DNA of 32,202 nt from contig JAHPZI010000007.1 of the NCBI GenBank assembly GCA_019058295.1, forward strand, positions 111,565 to 143,766, given 5' to 3'. Below the pieces are notes generated by a model that worked only from the letters and a program-made list of their open reading frames with translations, was not told the DNA's origin and ran no database searches. The stretch comes from Promethearchaeota archaeon (lineage in GTDB: Archaea; Asgardarchaeota; Lokiarchaeia; Sigyniarchaeales; SOKP01). A program made the translations under genes and the position numbers. Of the stretch, positions 8,812 to 17,964 are shown piece by piece (position 1 is the first letter of the stretch; every line of letters begins with the position of its first letter).

Positions 8812-8865
8812 ATGATTATTATAGATATTGAGACAATAGGTCTAAATCGTTTTAGAGATAATTAA
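8812..8865 (+). pseudogene. Possible remnant of a DEDD/RNase H-like exonuclease N-terminus
   Basis: Reads MIIIDIETIGLNRFRDN*, matching the ExoI motif hhhDIETTGL, then stops immediately. Confidence 0.4.
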
Positions 8866-8943
8866 ATTTATAAGGTTTAGCACTATATCTTTTATGGCGA
8901 AAAATGAAGTAATCAAATTATTGAGATAAAAAGTGGGTAAATT

Positions 8944-10734
8944 ATGGAAGATTGGCAAAGAAGGGTGGAAGAAGATGCAATTAAAAGAATTGAACCAATT
9001 TTAAATGAACAACGGGATTTACTTAATAATATTACATCAATAACAGATAAAGAAGAACTACTAACAACTTACTGGAAATTAAGGAAAAGTTTTGAGAATC
9101 TAAAACACGATTATCAAGGGTTATGGAAATTTGTCTCATTAGATTATGAAGAGAACGTAATTCAATTCTCATATCAAGAAATTTATTATTATGAGAAATT
9201 ACTTCAATCTTGGAGGAATGAATTTCCAGAGAATACTATCAGATATGATTATTATCTCGAATTGGCTGAACTTGAATACGATTTTTTTATAAAAAGTAAG
9301 TATACAATGCCACAAGAAATTAGAGAAGAGATTTATCAATATGAATATAAGGAAAATGAGCTTCATAAACAAAATATTTTTATTATAATCAATAATCTTA
9401 AAATAGCTCAAAAAATATTAGAATTAAGGGTTATTGCTAATCATCTAGTAAACGATTATGATGCTTTATTTCTTATTTACGACGTCTTAGGAAACGTTAT
9501 TATAAGCATTTATTTAATTCTTGATCTATTCGAAGAAAAAATCTCATCTCGTCTATATAATCTTATTCATCAAGCCTATTTATATTACATTTTCTCCCTT
9601 GAGAATAAACAAATGAATGAAGATCCGACTGTCTTTAGAGAAGGTATTGTAGGAATACCTTATATTGACTTATTTCATGATTTTTTTGGAAATAGTAATA
9701 TTTATTCTGTAGAATCAAAAATTGACTTTTTGAATTTAAAATATCATGATATCTTAAAAAGAAAAAGATTATTGGAGATATCGGAGGAGTTAAAGTTAAA
9801 AGCATTAGAATTGCAAAAAGTAAAAAAAGAAATTGAAGTTTATTACAAAAAACGTGAGGATTTAAAGTTTGAAATTATTAAAGATGGAGAACAACATTAT
9901 AAAATTATTGTTAAAAAAGAAATCAACGAATTATGCAAAGAGATAACCAATATTGTTCCAAAATATCGAAATAAACAAATCACTTACTTTGACATCACGA
10001 ATTTTATAAATCGATTTGGAGAAGATGATGTTAAATTAGCCTTATTACAACAACTAAAAAGAATTACTTACATGACACAAGAACAAGTACAAGATAATCT
10101 ATTAAGAGTATTAACTCAAGTTGCTCCAAAATCAGCTGATAAAGTTATACTATGTACATTTAAGAAGTCTATTCCAGAAAGTCATAATGCTTGGACTTAT
10201 TTTATTAAATTCTATACTGATGGGGGATACGAAGTAATTAATGCTGGCAATTTGAAAAATGATTTAGATAATAGAGATCTAAATGAGATTTTATATTATA
10301 TATTTATTGATGATGTTATAGGTTCAGGATCTCAATTTGTTGATAATTTCAAACGTCAAATCGGTATTTCATTAGAAAAATTTAAAGAGATTGTAAAAAA
10401 CCATAAGAATCTTCATTTTAAAATAGTGGCTGCCATAGGTTCTTGGGAATCTAAATCCTCTATTTCTAAAAAGCTAGGTGTTCTTTCCGAGACAGATATT
10501 TTGTATTATACAAATATTAATGAAGTAGATAAAGCTTTTCATTCTAATCATTGGAAAGAAGATATATTAACAAAAACTATAGAATTTTTGTCTAAAAAAG
10601 ATCCTGAGTATTGGCGGGGATATAATGATTGCGAATTCTTAGTTGTATTGGAATGGAACGTGCCAAATAACACTATAGGATGTTTATGGAATGATCCGAA
10701 TGGATGGGAACCTTTATTCCCAAGATATTCCTGA
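8944..10734 (+). CDS. Helical N-terminal region plus C-terminal phosphoribosyltransferase-like (PRTase-CE-type) domain
   Basis: PRPP-binding loop YIFIDDVIGSGSQF and C-terminal NVPNNTIGCLW...WEPLFPR, which I recognise as typical of conflict-associated PRTase-like proteins. The first ~320 aa look all-alpha. Confidence 0.75.
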   Translation: MEDWQRRVEEDAIKRIEPILNEQRDLLNNITSITDKEELLTTYWKLRKSFENLKHDYQGLWKFVSLDYEENVIQFSYQEIYYYEKLLQSWRNEFPENTIRYDYYLELAELEYDFFIKSKYTMPQEIREEIYQYEYKENELHKQNIFIIINNLKIAQKILELRVIANHLVNDYDALFLIYDVLGNVIISIYLILDLFEEKISSRLYNLIHQAYLYYIFSLENKQMNEDPTVFREGIVGIPYIDLFHDFFGNSNIYSVESKIDFLNLKYHDILKRKRLLEISEELKLKALELQKVKKEIEVYYKKREDLKFEIIKDGEQHYKIIVKKEINELCKEITNIVPKYRNKQITYFDITNFINRFGEDDVKLALLQQLKRITYMTQEQVQDNLLRVLTQVAPKSADKVILCTFKKSIPESHNAWTYFIKFYTDGGYEVINAGNLKNDLDNRDLNEILYYIFIDDVIGSGSQFVDNFKRQIGISLEKFKEIVKNHKNLHFKIVAAIGSWESKSSISKKLGVLSETDILYYTNINEVDKAFHSNHWKEDILTKTIEFLSKKDPEYWRGYNDCEFLVVLEWNVPNNTIGCLWNDPNGWEPLFPRYS

Positions 10735-10903
10735 ATTTTGTACTCACCCTAATTTTTTCGTTTAAATAAAGCTGAATTTAAATAGATTTTGTTATAAACT
10801 TAGACAAAAATTAGATTCGGATACATCATTTAAATTTTAAAATAAATGAAATTTTTTCTTATTGAAATGATTAGATTTATCTTACTTGAATCTAAAAAGA
10901 TTT

Positions 10904-11335
10904 TTAACCTGAGGTTTTAGAGATTATATCATTTTTTAAGACTAAATTCAATCCTAGCTTTTTTATCTCTTTGCCGTGAGTATATACAATCTTCTTAATT
11001 GCCTTCGTATCAACCTTAAAATAATCCGCTAAATCGTCGATGGAAATAGTTTCTACTAATTCGAAAAAATTAGGTAATTCTTTAATTATTAACGAAGTGT
11101 CATATCCTTCGCTTAATAGCTCATCCGTGACTTCTTTAAATACAATTCCATAGTTTTTTTTTAATAAATCGGGACTGTCTTCAATCCATTGATGAACAAT
11201 TGTTCGAACTACTTCTGAAAGAGACAATTTCCTATTTGCTGCCATTTTTGAAACTACATGGTAGTCGAATTCATCCAATCCTACCGTTATTCGCTTTTTC
11301 TGCGCTTTTTCTATTTCTGTTTCCTCTTCAACCAT
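10904..11335 (-). CDS. Ribbon-helix-helix (CopG-like) protein with C-terminal HTH-like domain
   Basis: KKRITVGLDEFDYHVVSKMAANRKLSLSEVVRTIVHQWI fits the RHH beta-alpha-alpha pattern. TISIDDLADYFKVDTKAIKKI is HTH-like. Start is the ATG at 11335 or the GTG at 11341. Confidence 0.72.
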   Translation of the reverse strand: MVEEETEIEKAQKKRITVGLDEFDYHVVSKMAANRKLSLSEVVRTIVHQWIEDSPDLLKKNYGIVFKEVTDELLSEGYDTSLIIKELPNFFELVETISIDDLADYFKVDTKAIKKIVYTHGKEIKKLGLNLVLKNDIISKTSG

Positions 11336-11362
11336 CTTCACTACAAAAAATGAGCATTATTG

Positions 11363-11423
11363 TATTTAAATGTTTGCATTAATGCATCTATAATAGATCA
11401 AAAATGCAACAAACATTTAAATA
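11363..11423. promoter_or_regulatory. Symmetric divergent promoter/operator with nested palindromes
   Basis: Perfect 14-bp inverted repeat TATTTAAATGTTTG (11363-11376) / CAAACATTTAAATA (11410-11423), each arm carrying a TTTAAATA TATA-like box facing outward. Inner palindromes TGCATTAATGCA (11375-11386) and ATCTAT-A-ATAGAT (11386-11398). Confidence 0.7.
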
Positions 11424-11517
11424 TAAGTTTACCCATAATAACATATAGACAGTATCACAATATTATTGAAGAATTATCTTAAAAATTAAATTAAAAATTC
11501 CTCCATTTATAGGTTAT

Positions 11518-12165
11518 GTGTGTGAAATGTTGGAACTGATCTATCAAGAACCGGAAATAAATACTCGCGATCAAATAACAATTGATATTATTAAAGACGG
11601 AAAGGAGTTTCTAGAACAATTTGAACTGAATCAGCGAATACTATTAGATTCTGTATCTATTATATATCGATTCTTAAAATTAAATGGCAAAATCCCGCAT
11701 AACCTATATAAATTTTTTATTGGAGCATATTATATAGTCAGCAGGCATCCGTGGACTTTTCCAGCACACGAAAATAAAAAGAAGTTCTGCCGCAAGTTTG
11801 GCATTCAAATAAGTTCTCTGGATTATTCAGTAGAAAAAATAGTTGGAATGCTTCATATATCCAAGATTTTGGATGATAAGAATTATCCATATTATCTCGA
11901 TAAAAAGAATGATGTTGGATTCAAACTTGCGAAAAGTGTCGTTAAGAGTGAAGTTGATAAAGCAATGATGGAATTCTTGATATGCAATCAGCCGATTAAT
12001 TCTCAAATCTTAAGTGAGGAACTGATAAATAAAATAATATTTGAAATGAAAATTTTCCCTGAGGAGCTTTTTAGACAGTTCTACGAGATAATACTTGAGT
12101 TAGTAGAAGATTCTCTTCATGAATATTACGAGTACGTTCAATTACAGGATAAATGTTTTATTTAA
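11518..12165 (+). CDS. Hypothetical protein with TFIIB/cyclin-fold-like N-terminal half
   Basis: FFIGAYYIVSRHPWTFPAHENKKKFCRKFGIQISSLDYSVEKI resembles the TFB repeat pattern (A.hY...R....P.......A...Gh....h). No Zn ribbon. Alternative ATG at 11527. Confidence 0.5.
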   Translation: MCEMLELIYQEPEINTRDQITIDIIKDGKEFLEQFELNQRILLDSVSIIYRFLKLNGKIPHNLYKFFIGAYYIVSRHPWTFPAHENKKKFCRKFGIQISSLDYSVEKIVGMLHISKILDDKNYPYYLDKKNDVGFKLAKSVVKSEVDKAMMEFLICNQPINSQILSEELINKIIFEMKIFPEELFRQFYEIILELVEDSLHEYYEYVQLQDKCFI

Positions 12166-12171
12166 ATCGTC

Positions 12172-13680
12172 TTATTGATCTTTCATATTAACGAACTTCT
12201 GATAATCATGAAGCTTTCTTAATACAACAGTAGCGAGCTCTGGATTTCCTCCAAAAACCATTATTTTATTTTTGTCATATTGTTCGTAAACTGGATTAGT
12301 AAAACCTGAAGAGAATCCAATATAAATAATCTTTTTATCTGGATATTTAAGGCATAAATCAATTTCATCTTTTATACTTTTTTCTAATCTTTGTTCCATT
12401 ACCTGCTTCATTATTGCAAGCATTCTTTTACCATAATCATTTACTGGTTTTAGAGATTTTATTGTTTCAATAAAACCAGATGAAGTTAGTGTAATAATTA
12501 TATCAAAACACTCGGATTTTAACATCAGTTCAGTTATTTTTTTATAAAGATCGAAATCACGCGTAGCTACCAAATCAACAGGATTATTGCGGCTCCAATA
12601 AAATGGTAAGTGGTTTGAAATTTCTTCAATGAGCTGAGGACCGTTTGGTACTGTCGTTAAATCAACAACATTAATTCCATTTTTTTCACATAGATCAGTT
12701 AGATGTACAACAAAACCTCCTCCACCTGAGATAATCCCTGCCCGTAAAGGATCACTTTTTGGGAGGGGTAGTAAGTATTCTGCTCCTTTAGTCAAATATA
12801 TTAACTCTGTTAATTGCTCAGCATGAATTACACCCGTTTGTTTAAAAACAGATTTATAAATATCTAATGAACCAGCTATTGATCCCGTATGACTGCTTGC
12901 TGCTCTGGCACCGCTTTTAGTGATACCTGCCTTAAGAAATATGATCGGTTTTTTTTTTGTTATTGCTGTACAAATCTCTTTAAATCTAGAGCCTGCACGT
13001 AATCCTTCCACAAATAATGTAATGACTTTTGTTTGTTCATCCTGCGCGTAATAAGCTAAATAATCTTCTAAAATTAAAGAGGCCTCATTCCCACTTGACA
13101 CAAAGTATCTTATATTCTGTAATGCATTACATAAAACCGTTCCCATTGTTCCAGATTGAGAAACAATTGAGATATTTCCTGATGCTGGTATCATAAAGCC
13201 AAATCCTAAATGCAGAGGTGATGTTTTATCTTCTGACGAGTATATACCCATCGAATTAGGCCCTACAAAAATTAATCCTCCCTTTTCAGCAACATTGACT
13301 AATTCTTTATTTTCATCTTGTCTGTCTTCTGTTTTTACCTCACCAAATCCGGCTGTAATTATAACTGCTGCCCTAATATCATTTTCAATCGCCTGCTTTA
13401 TCGAATCCACTACCTTATTTGGAGGAACAACAATTCCAACAAGATCAATCTTTTCAGGACATTGGGCCAGAGTTGGATAAACATCAATCCCCATTATTTT
13501 CTTGTTATTATATCTTGGTTTAGGATTTACAGCATAAATTTTCTTAGTAAATCCACAACTTAAAACACTCCCCAATACAAAGGAGCCAATTTTGATTATA
13601 TTGTCAGTCGCCCCCACAACTGCAATATTTTTAGGATTAAACATAACTTTCATTAATTCTAATTTTTCTTCTGTATTCAT
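12172..13680 (-). CDS. acdA: ADP-forming acyl/acetate-CoA ligase alpha subunit
   Basis: FNPKNIAVVGA, ITAGFGE, GPNSMG, SQSG, SSGNEA, phospho-His motif AASSHTGSIAG, and NPVDL. Confidence 0.88.
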   Translation of the reverse strand: MNTEEKLELMKVMFNPKNIAVVGATDNIIKIGSFVLGSVLSCGFTKKIYAVNPKPRYNNKKIMGIDVYPTLAQCPEKIDLVGIVVPPNKVVDSIKQAIENDIRAAVIITAGFGEVKTEDRQDENKELVNVAEKGGLIFVGPNSMGIYSSEDKTSPLHLGFGFMIPASGNISIVSQSGTMGTVLCNALQNIRYFVSSGNEASLILEDYLAYYAQDEQTKVITLFVEGLRAGSRFKEICTAITKKKPIIFLKAGITKSGARAASSHTGSIAGSLDIYKSVFKQTGVIHAEQLTELIYLTKGAEYLLPLPKSDPLRAGIISGGGGFVVHLTDLCEKNGINVVDLTTVPNGPQLIEEISNHLPFYWSRNNPVDLVATRDFDLYKKITELMLKSECFDIIITLTSSGFIETIKSLKPVNDYGKRMLAIMKQVMEQRLEKSIKDEIDLCLKYPDKKIIYIGFSSGFTNPVYEQYDKNKIMVFGGNPELATVVLRKLHDYQKFVNMKDQ

Positions 13681-13838
13681 TTGTATTTTTTCCTACTTAG
13701 AAATGAGAGTTATTTTTAAAAAGAGCGTATAGTATTAATTCTATCTTATTTTTTTATAAATATTTAAGCTGTTATAGATTGGTTTTATGGTCTAATATAA
13801 TCCCGAAATTGGTCGTAATGTAATTAAATTAGTTAAAA

Positions 13839-15113
13839 ATGGAAAAAAAAAATTCTAAGATGTCTGACGAACGGTATACAGAAGATTTCCAAGCTATGAT
13901 TAATATTGTTATTTTGAATAGCTTGGGTTTCTTTTTTATGGGATTTATAGTTCCGGTAATTGCTAGGTTCAATATGAATGCGTCTGGAATAGAAATCGGT
14001 ATTATTATATCTTTACTTGTAATTGGTATGATGACTAGCAGTTCTTTCGTTGGAATATTAATAGATAAAGTTAAGTCAAAAAAAAAATTAATTTTTATAG
14101 GTTCCATTGGTCGTGGACTGTCATATTTCTTAATATATGCTGCTATAGCCATGAATTCTTTGATAGGGCTTGGCATAGGATACTTTGCACTTGGATTTAT
14201 GGCAGGATTTTTTTGGATACCATTTGATACACTCGTAGCAGAAAAATCAAATAAAGATCACCGCTCTCATGCGTTTGGCAAACGAGATTCTGCTAATGGG
14301 AAAGGTCAACTTATTGGAGCTTTGATGGGTTTTATTATTCTCCTATGGCTTAGTCTTTATACAGATAATCCTTTCCTTTTATATAGTTCAATTCTTATTT
14401 TCGGAGTAGCAAATTTTATCGCTGGATTTAAATTTATTCACGATGTAGATGAGACGGTTAAATTTTTTTACGATGAATCACAATTAAAGGAACCTTCTAA
14501 GATAAAATGGCTAAAATCAATGATAATAGGTTTGATTTTTTTATGTTGTCTCGTTCTCATCAGCAGTATTAACGCTAACTTAGCATGGCCGTTTTTAAAC
14601 ATCTATATATTAGAAAATATTACTGATAATTTCTTCATCTTTATTTTAATATTTTTACCAATCGGTTTCATAGCTATATTTTTAGCACCGAAATTAGGGA
14701 AAATTGTTGATAAACTGAATCCGATAATTGGAATTAGCATTGTAATTTTAATAGGGGCACTTGTTACTTGGTTTTTAATTAATACAACAAATATTTTGAT
14801 TTTCGCAATCCTTTTAATAATTGATGTAACTATTGGGCTAGCCGGTGGGTTAATTTTTCGGAATCTTCTTAGTAGAATCAGCATTGAACATCGTGGAAAA
14901 GTTATGGGACTTAACTCCTTTTTCACAAGTCTTGGTTCGGCTATAGGGCCAATCCTAGGTGGTTATGTTTGGGATTACTTTGGTCCAAAAGCGCCATTTA
15001 TCATCAGTATTTATGTAGAATTATGCTTAATTCCACTTTTTTGGGTTGTGGCTTTTTTGTTAATACCTCACGTTGCTGAAAGTTTCGATAAAAAAGAAAA
15101 AGCAGCAGCGTAA
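13839..15113 (+). CDS. MFS transporter
   Basis: About 12 TM helices. Motif A GILIDKVKSKK / GKIVDKL, plus HRGKVMG and GSAIGPILGG. Confidence 0.9.
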   Translation: MEKKNSKMSDERYTEDFQAMINIVILNSLGFFFMGFIVPVIARFNMNASGIEIGIIISLLVIGMMTSSSFVGILIDKVKSKKKLIFIGSIGRGLSYFLIYAAIAMNSLIGLGIGYFALGFMAGFFWIPFDTLVAEKSNKDHRSHAFGKRDSANGKGQLIGALMGFIILLWLSLYTDNPFLLYSSILIFGVANFIAGFKFIHDVDETVKFFYDESQLKEPSKIKWLKSMIIGLIFLCCLVLISSINANLAWPFLNIYILENITDNFFIFILIFLPIGFIAIFLAPKLGKIVDKLNPIIGISIVILIGALVTWFLINTTNILIFAILLIIDVTIGLAGGLIFRNLLSRISIEHRGKVMGLNSFFTSLGSAIGPILGGYVWDYFGPKAPFIISIYVELCLIPLFWVVAFLLIPHVAESFDKKEKAAA

Positions 15114-15126
15114 AATATAATGATAA

Positions 15127-16284
15127 TTACGGGACACCTATAGATACATAGGAGGGTAAAAAAAGAGGCTTTTTAAATTTAGAAATTCGTATTTTTTTTT
15201 TTAGAGTTTTCATCATTACGGTTTCACCTCTTAATTTTAAATAAATCATATTTCTCAAGGCTCTCTGCAATTCATAATCTTTAAAAGTAACCAAATGAGT
15301 TAAAATTCCTATCTTCCTTCGAGTAGCAGCTTTGATTATCTTGTCGTTGAGATAAATATAACCTAAATGCAAATTCCTTTTATTGTTAAATTGTGTCTTA
15401 TCAAGGAAAAGATCATGTATTAATCCAATTCTAAATTTACTACCACGTTTAGAGTTATAAATATTTTGATGGGTTAGTGTAGCACCTCCAATTATTCTAT
15501 TGTCTTTTTTTATTAGAACATAAGTAGGTCTATGTTGGTTTGCGGGAACTTTTATGCGTGCCCATTCAAATTTTCTTTTATCATATATTGGAAAGCCGGT
15601 GTAATAATTCGGCATTATCTTATTCACAGCTTTCATATATTCGAAATGCTTTCGATTATTATTTATTTCAAAGGAAAAGTCCCTAAAGAAAGGATTAAGT
15701 TTAATTATTATTCTATTCAATATTCGGGGGAGATATGAAATAGTGAAAAATACAGGAAAGAATATCAAAGACGCTAAGATGTCTTTCATCAATTTGAATA
15801 GATTAGGGAATTGTATAAATGCATATGCTCTATCAACATCAAAATAACCTAATCTTAAATAAATCTTTTTTCTCGCATGGCCATTATAGTCAGCAGTAAG
15901 TATTGAAATATCACAACCCTTTTTTTCCATATAATTAATTGACAACTTCATTAAATTTGTTCCTATGCCTCTTTTTATATAGTCTGGATGACAAGACACA
16001 TCGTTAATATCTCCTACTAAATATTTATTGCCATTAAAGGGGATTTTCTCAATTAGATTAACATAAACTGCTCCAACAATTTTTTTATTATCAAGATCTT
16101 CAGCAATTTGGCACATCTCGGGTTCAAATCCAGGCGATTGAAAATATCTCCAATACCAATTTTTAGTTGTTCTAATTACACTTAAACCATTCATTTGAAA
16201 GGCTCTGTTGAATAAATCAGCTAACTGCGGGGCATCTCCTTCCTGATAATGGCGATATATGATATTTAACATATTCATACACAA
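15127..16284 (-). CDS. GNAT-family N-acetyltransferase
   Basis: Motif A DVSCHPDYIKRGIGTNLM and motif B ARKKIYLRLGY. The C-terminal half may be a second degenerate GNAT fold. The true start may be the ATG at 16278 or 16272. Confidence 0.82.
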   Translation of the reverse strand: MCMNMLNIIYRHYQEGDAPQLADLFNRAFQMNGLSVIRTTKNWYWRYFQSPGFEPEMCQIAEDLDNKKIVGAVYVNLIEKIPFNGNKYLVGDINDVSCHPDYIKRGIGTNLMKLSINYMEKKGCDISILTADYNGHARKKIYLRLGYFDVDRAYAFIQFPNLFKLMKDILASLIFFPVFFTISYLPRILNRIIIKLNPFFRDFSFEINNNRKHFEYMKAVNKIMPNYYTGFPIYDKRKFEWARIKVPANQHRPTYVLIKKDNRIIGGATLTHQNIYNSKRGSKFRIGLIHDLFLDKTQFNNKRNLHLGYIYLNDKIIKAATRRKIGILTHLVTFKDYELQRALRNMIYLKLRGETVMMKTLKKKIRISKFKKPLFLPSYVSIGVP

Positions 16285-16306
16285 TTAAATCGCTATTAAA
16301 TACTTA

Positions 16307-17152
16307 TTAAAGGTGTTCATATAAATTAATATCTTTTAAAACAGAATTTAATTTGGAAAAAAGACCTGTAATAAGACTTAATTCTTTTTTTGACATTAAA
16401 GCTCTCTCAAATACATTTTTATAAGCTAGAAATACATTTTCTTCTTTATGACTTCTTATTTTCAATTTGTCGATTAAATTCTTTACGAATGAATAAAGTA
16501 AATTGCGATCTTCTTTATCTGCAAGTAAAACCGGATGCTCACCTCTTCCGATATCTATCAAATTGATTTTCTTGAAAACTTCATATAGTATTATCCCGCA
16601 GGCATGTGATAAATTTAATGCAGAATATTCATTACTAGCAGGAATTCTTAAAATAATGTCCGCACAACTTATTTCTTCATTTGTTAAGCCCCTTGATTCA
16701 CGACCAAATAGTATTGCAATATTCCGCCCTTTTTCCGATACTGGAATTGTTAAATCTTCAGGAAATATTGCCAACCTTCTGATATTTGTATTTCTCATAC
16801 CTCTTGCTGTCGTAGCTATTACTAAATCGAATTTCTTTAGATAATTACTAAAACCAGATATATATTGATTTTCATCCTCTGCTTCAATAATATCTGCGGA
16901 TAAAAGAATCTCTTTTCCGTGCATTGCGAATCCTTGAGCTTCATAGCTCTTAATCGACTTCTCATCCGCAATTGGATTATAAATTACGAGTTTTTCGAAA
17001 TTGAAATTTTTCATTATACGTGCAATAGATCCGATATTTCCAGCATGTTCAGGACGTACTAAAACTATAGTAAACGAGATATTTTTATATTCATCATTGA
17101 GCTGTGTTTCTTGAAAATTATTGATTTCTCTATGAATTTTTTTCTTATTCAA
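16307..17152 (-). CDS. trmJ: tRNA (C/U32 2'-O)-methyltransferase, SPOUT TrmJ family
   Basis: VLVRPEHAGNIGSIARIMKNF, VIATTAR, LFGRESRGLTNEE and IPASNEYSALNLSHA. Confidence 0.88.
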   Translation of the reverse strand: MNKKKIHREINNFQETQLNDEYKNISFTIVLVRPEHAGNIGSIARIMKNFNFEKLVIYNPIADEKSIKSYEAQGFAMHGKEILLSADIIEAEDENQYISGFSNYLKKFDLVIATTARGMRNTNIRRLAIFPEDLTIPVSEKGRNIAILFGRESRGLTNEEISCADIILRIPASNEYSALNLSHACGIILYEVFKKINLIDIGRGEHPVLLADKEDRNLLYSFVKNLIDKLKIRSHKEENVFLAYKNVFERALMSKKELSLITGLFSKLNSVLKDINLYEHL

Positions 17153-17373
17153 TTTAACTCTAGCTCTTTTAGTTTTTAAAATTTTATAGTAAGCAAAACA
17201 TAAAAGACTTAAAAATTTTTGTTCTGCCTAATTGTCCTATGAAAATAGTTATATAATTTAAATCTATATTATCTAATGACAATTTTATATTCAATAAAAT
17301 TTTAAAAACAAAAATGTTTTAACATTATATATTAAACTATAAGACCTATTTATGCAATTCAAATCAAATCACA

Positions 17374-17955
17374 ATGAGTAAAAATATCAAAAATAAGCTA
17401 CATTTTATAAATATTTCTAAAGAAGAAATGACCTTTTTTGAATGGAAACCCCCTCGATCCTTTAAAAGTTATATTTTAGATGTGAATATAGTTAAAGATA
17501 ACACGACTCAAGATATTTTCTTTCATTTAAATAAAGGAAATATGAAAATGGTTTATATTCGTAAAGGAATTCTTTTATATACGATCGGATCTGATCAAGA
17601 CGTGCAATATCAACTCTTAGAAGCTTTATTAGAACAGATAGATAAAAAATTTCACGAAATTTGGGACATTGATGTGATTCTTTCTTATGGAAATGTTTCT
17701 TCTAATATATTCAAAGATTTTACAACTCACGTGAATGAAATCATAGAAAATTGTAATGAATTAATCAAAAAAGTTGATGTATATTGTAGAGTGTGTAAAA
17801 AAACTCTCATGTTATATGTAAAAAATAGTATTATTGAAAATGCGGTTTCTTTTCCTGTACCACTTGTTTTCACTCATAGAGGGCACGCTTTAGTAACCTA
17901 TATCGATCAAAATTTTGTCGTGCGTGGTGTAGAATTAGTCAATATCACAGGGTAA
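17374..17955 (+). CDS. Longin-like domain fused to a CxxC/HH putative zinc-binding domain
   Basis: Beta strands followed by LLEALLEQIDKKFHEIW..FKDFTTHVNEII (longin-like helices). C-terminal CRVC-x26-HRGH-x6-DQNF. Confidence 0.55.
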   Translation: MSKNIKNKLHFINISKEEMTFFEWKPPRSFKSYILDVNIVKDNTTQDIFFHLNKGNMKMVYIRKGILLYTIGSDQDVQYQLLEALLEQIDKKFHEIWDIDVILSYGNVSSNIFKDFTTHVNEIIENCNELIKKVDVYCRVCKKTLMLYVKNSIIENAVSFPVPLVFTHRGHALVTYIDQNFVVRGVELVNITG

Positions 17956-17964
17956 TAATTTAAA

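Noticed and set aside
8225-10882. 12-bp direct repeat TTAGATTTATCT at 8225-8236 and 10871-10882 as a possible att site or target duplication
   Set aside because: The left copy lies inside the remnant's homologous region rather than at its break point, and such an AT-rich 12-mer can arise by chance.
8260-10900. Integron cassette (attC) interpretation of the PRTase segment
   Set aside because: GTTRRRY/RYYYAAC-like heptamers are frequent by chance here. There is no properly paired attC and no integrase.
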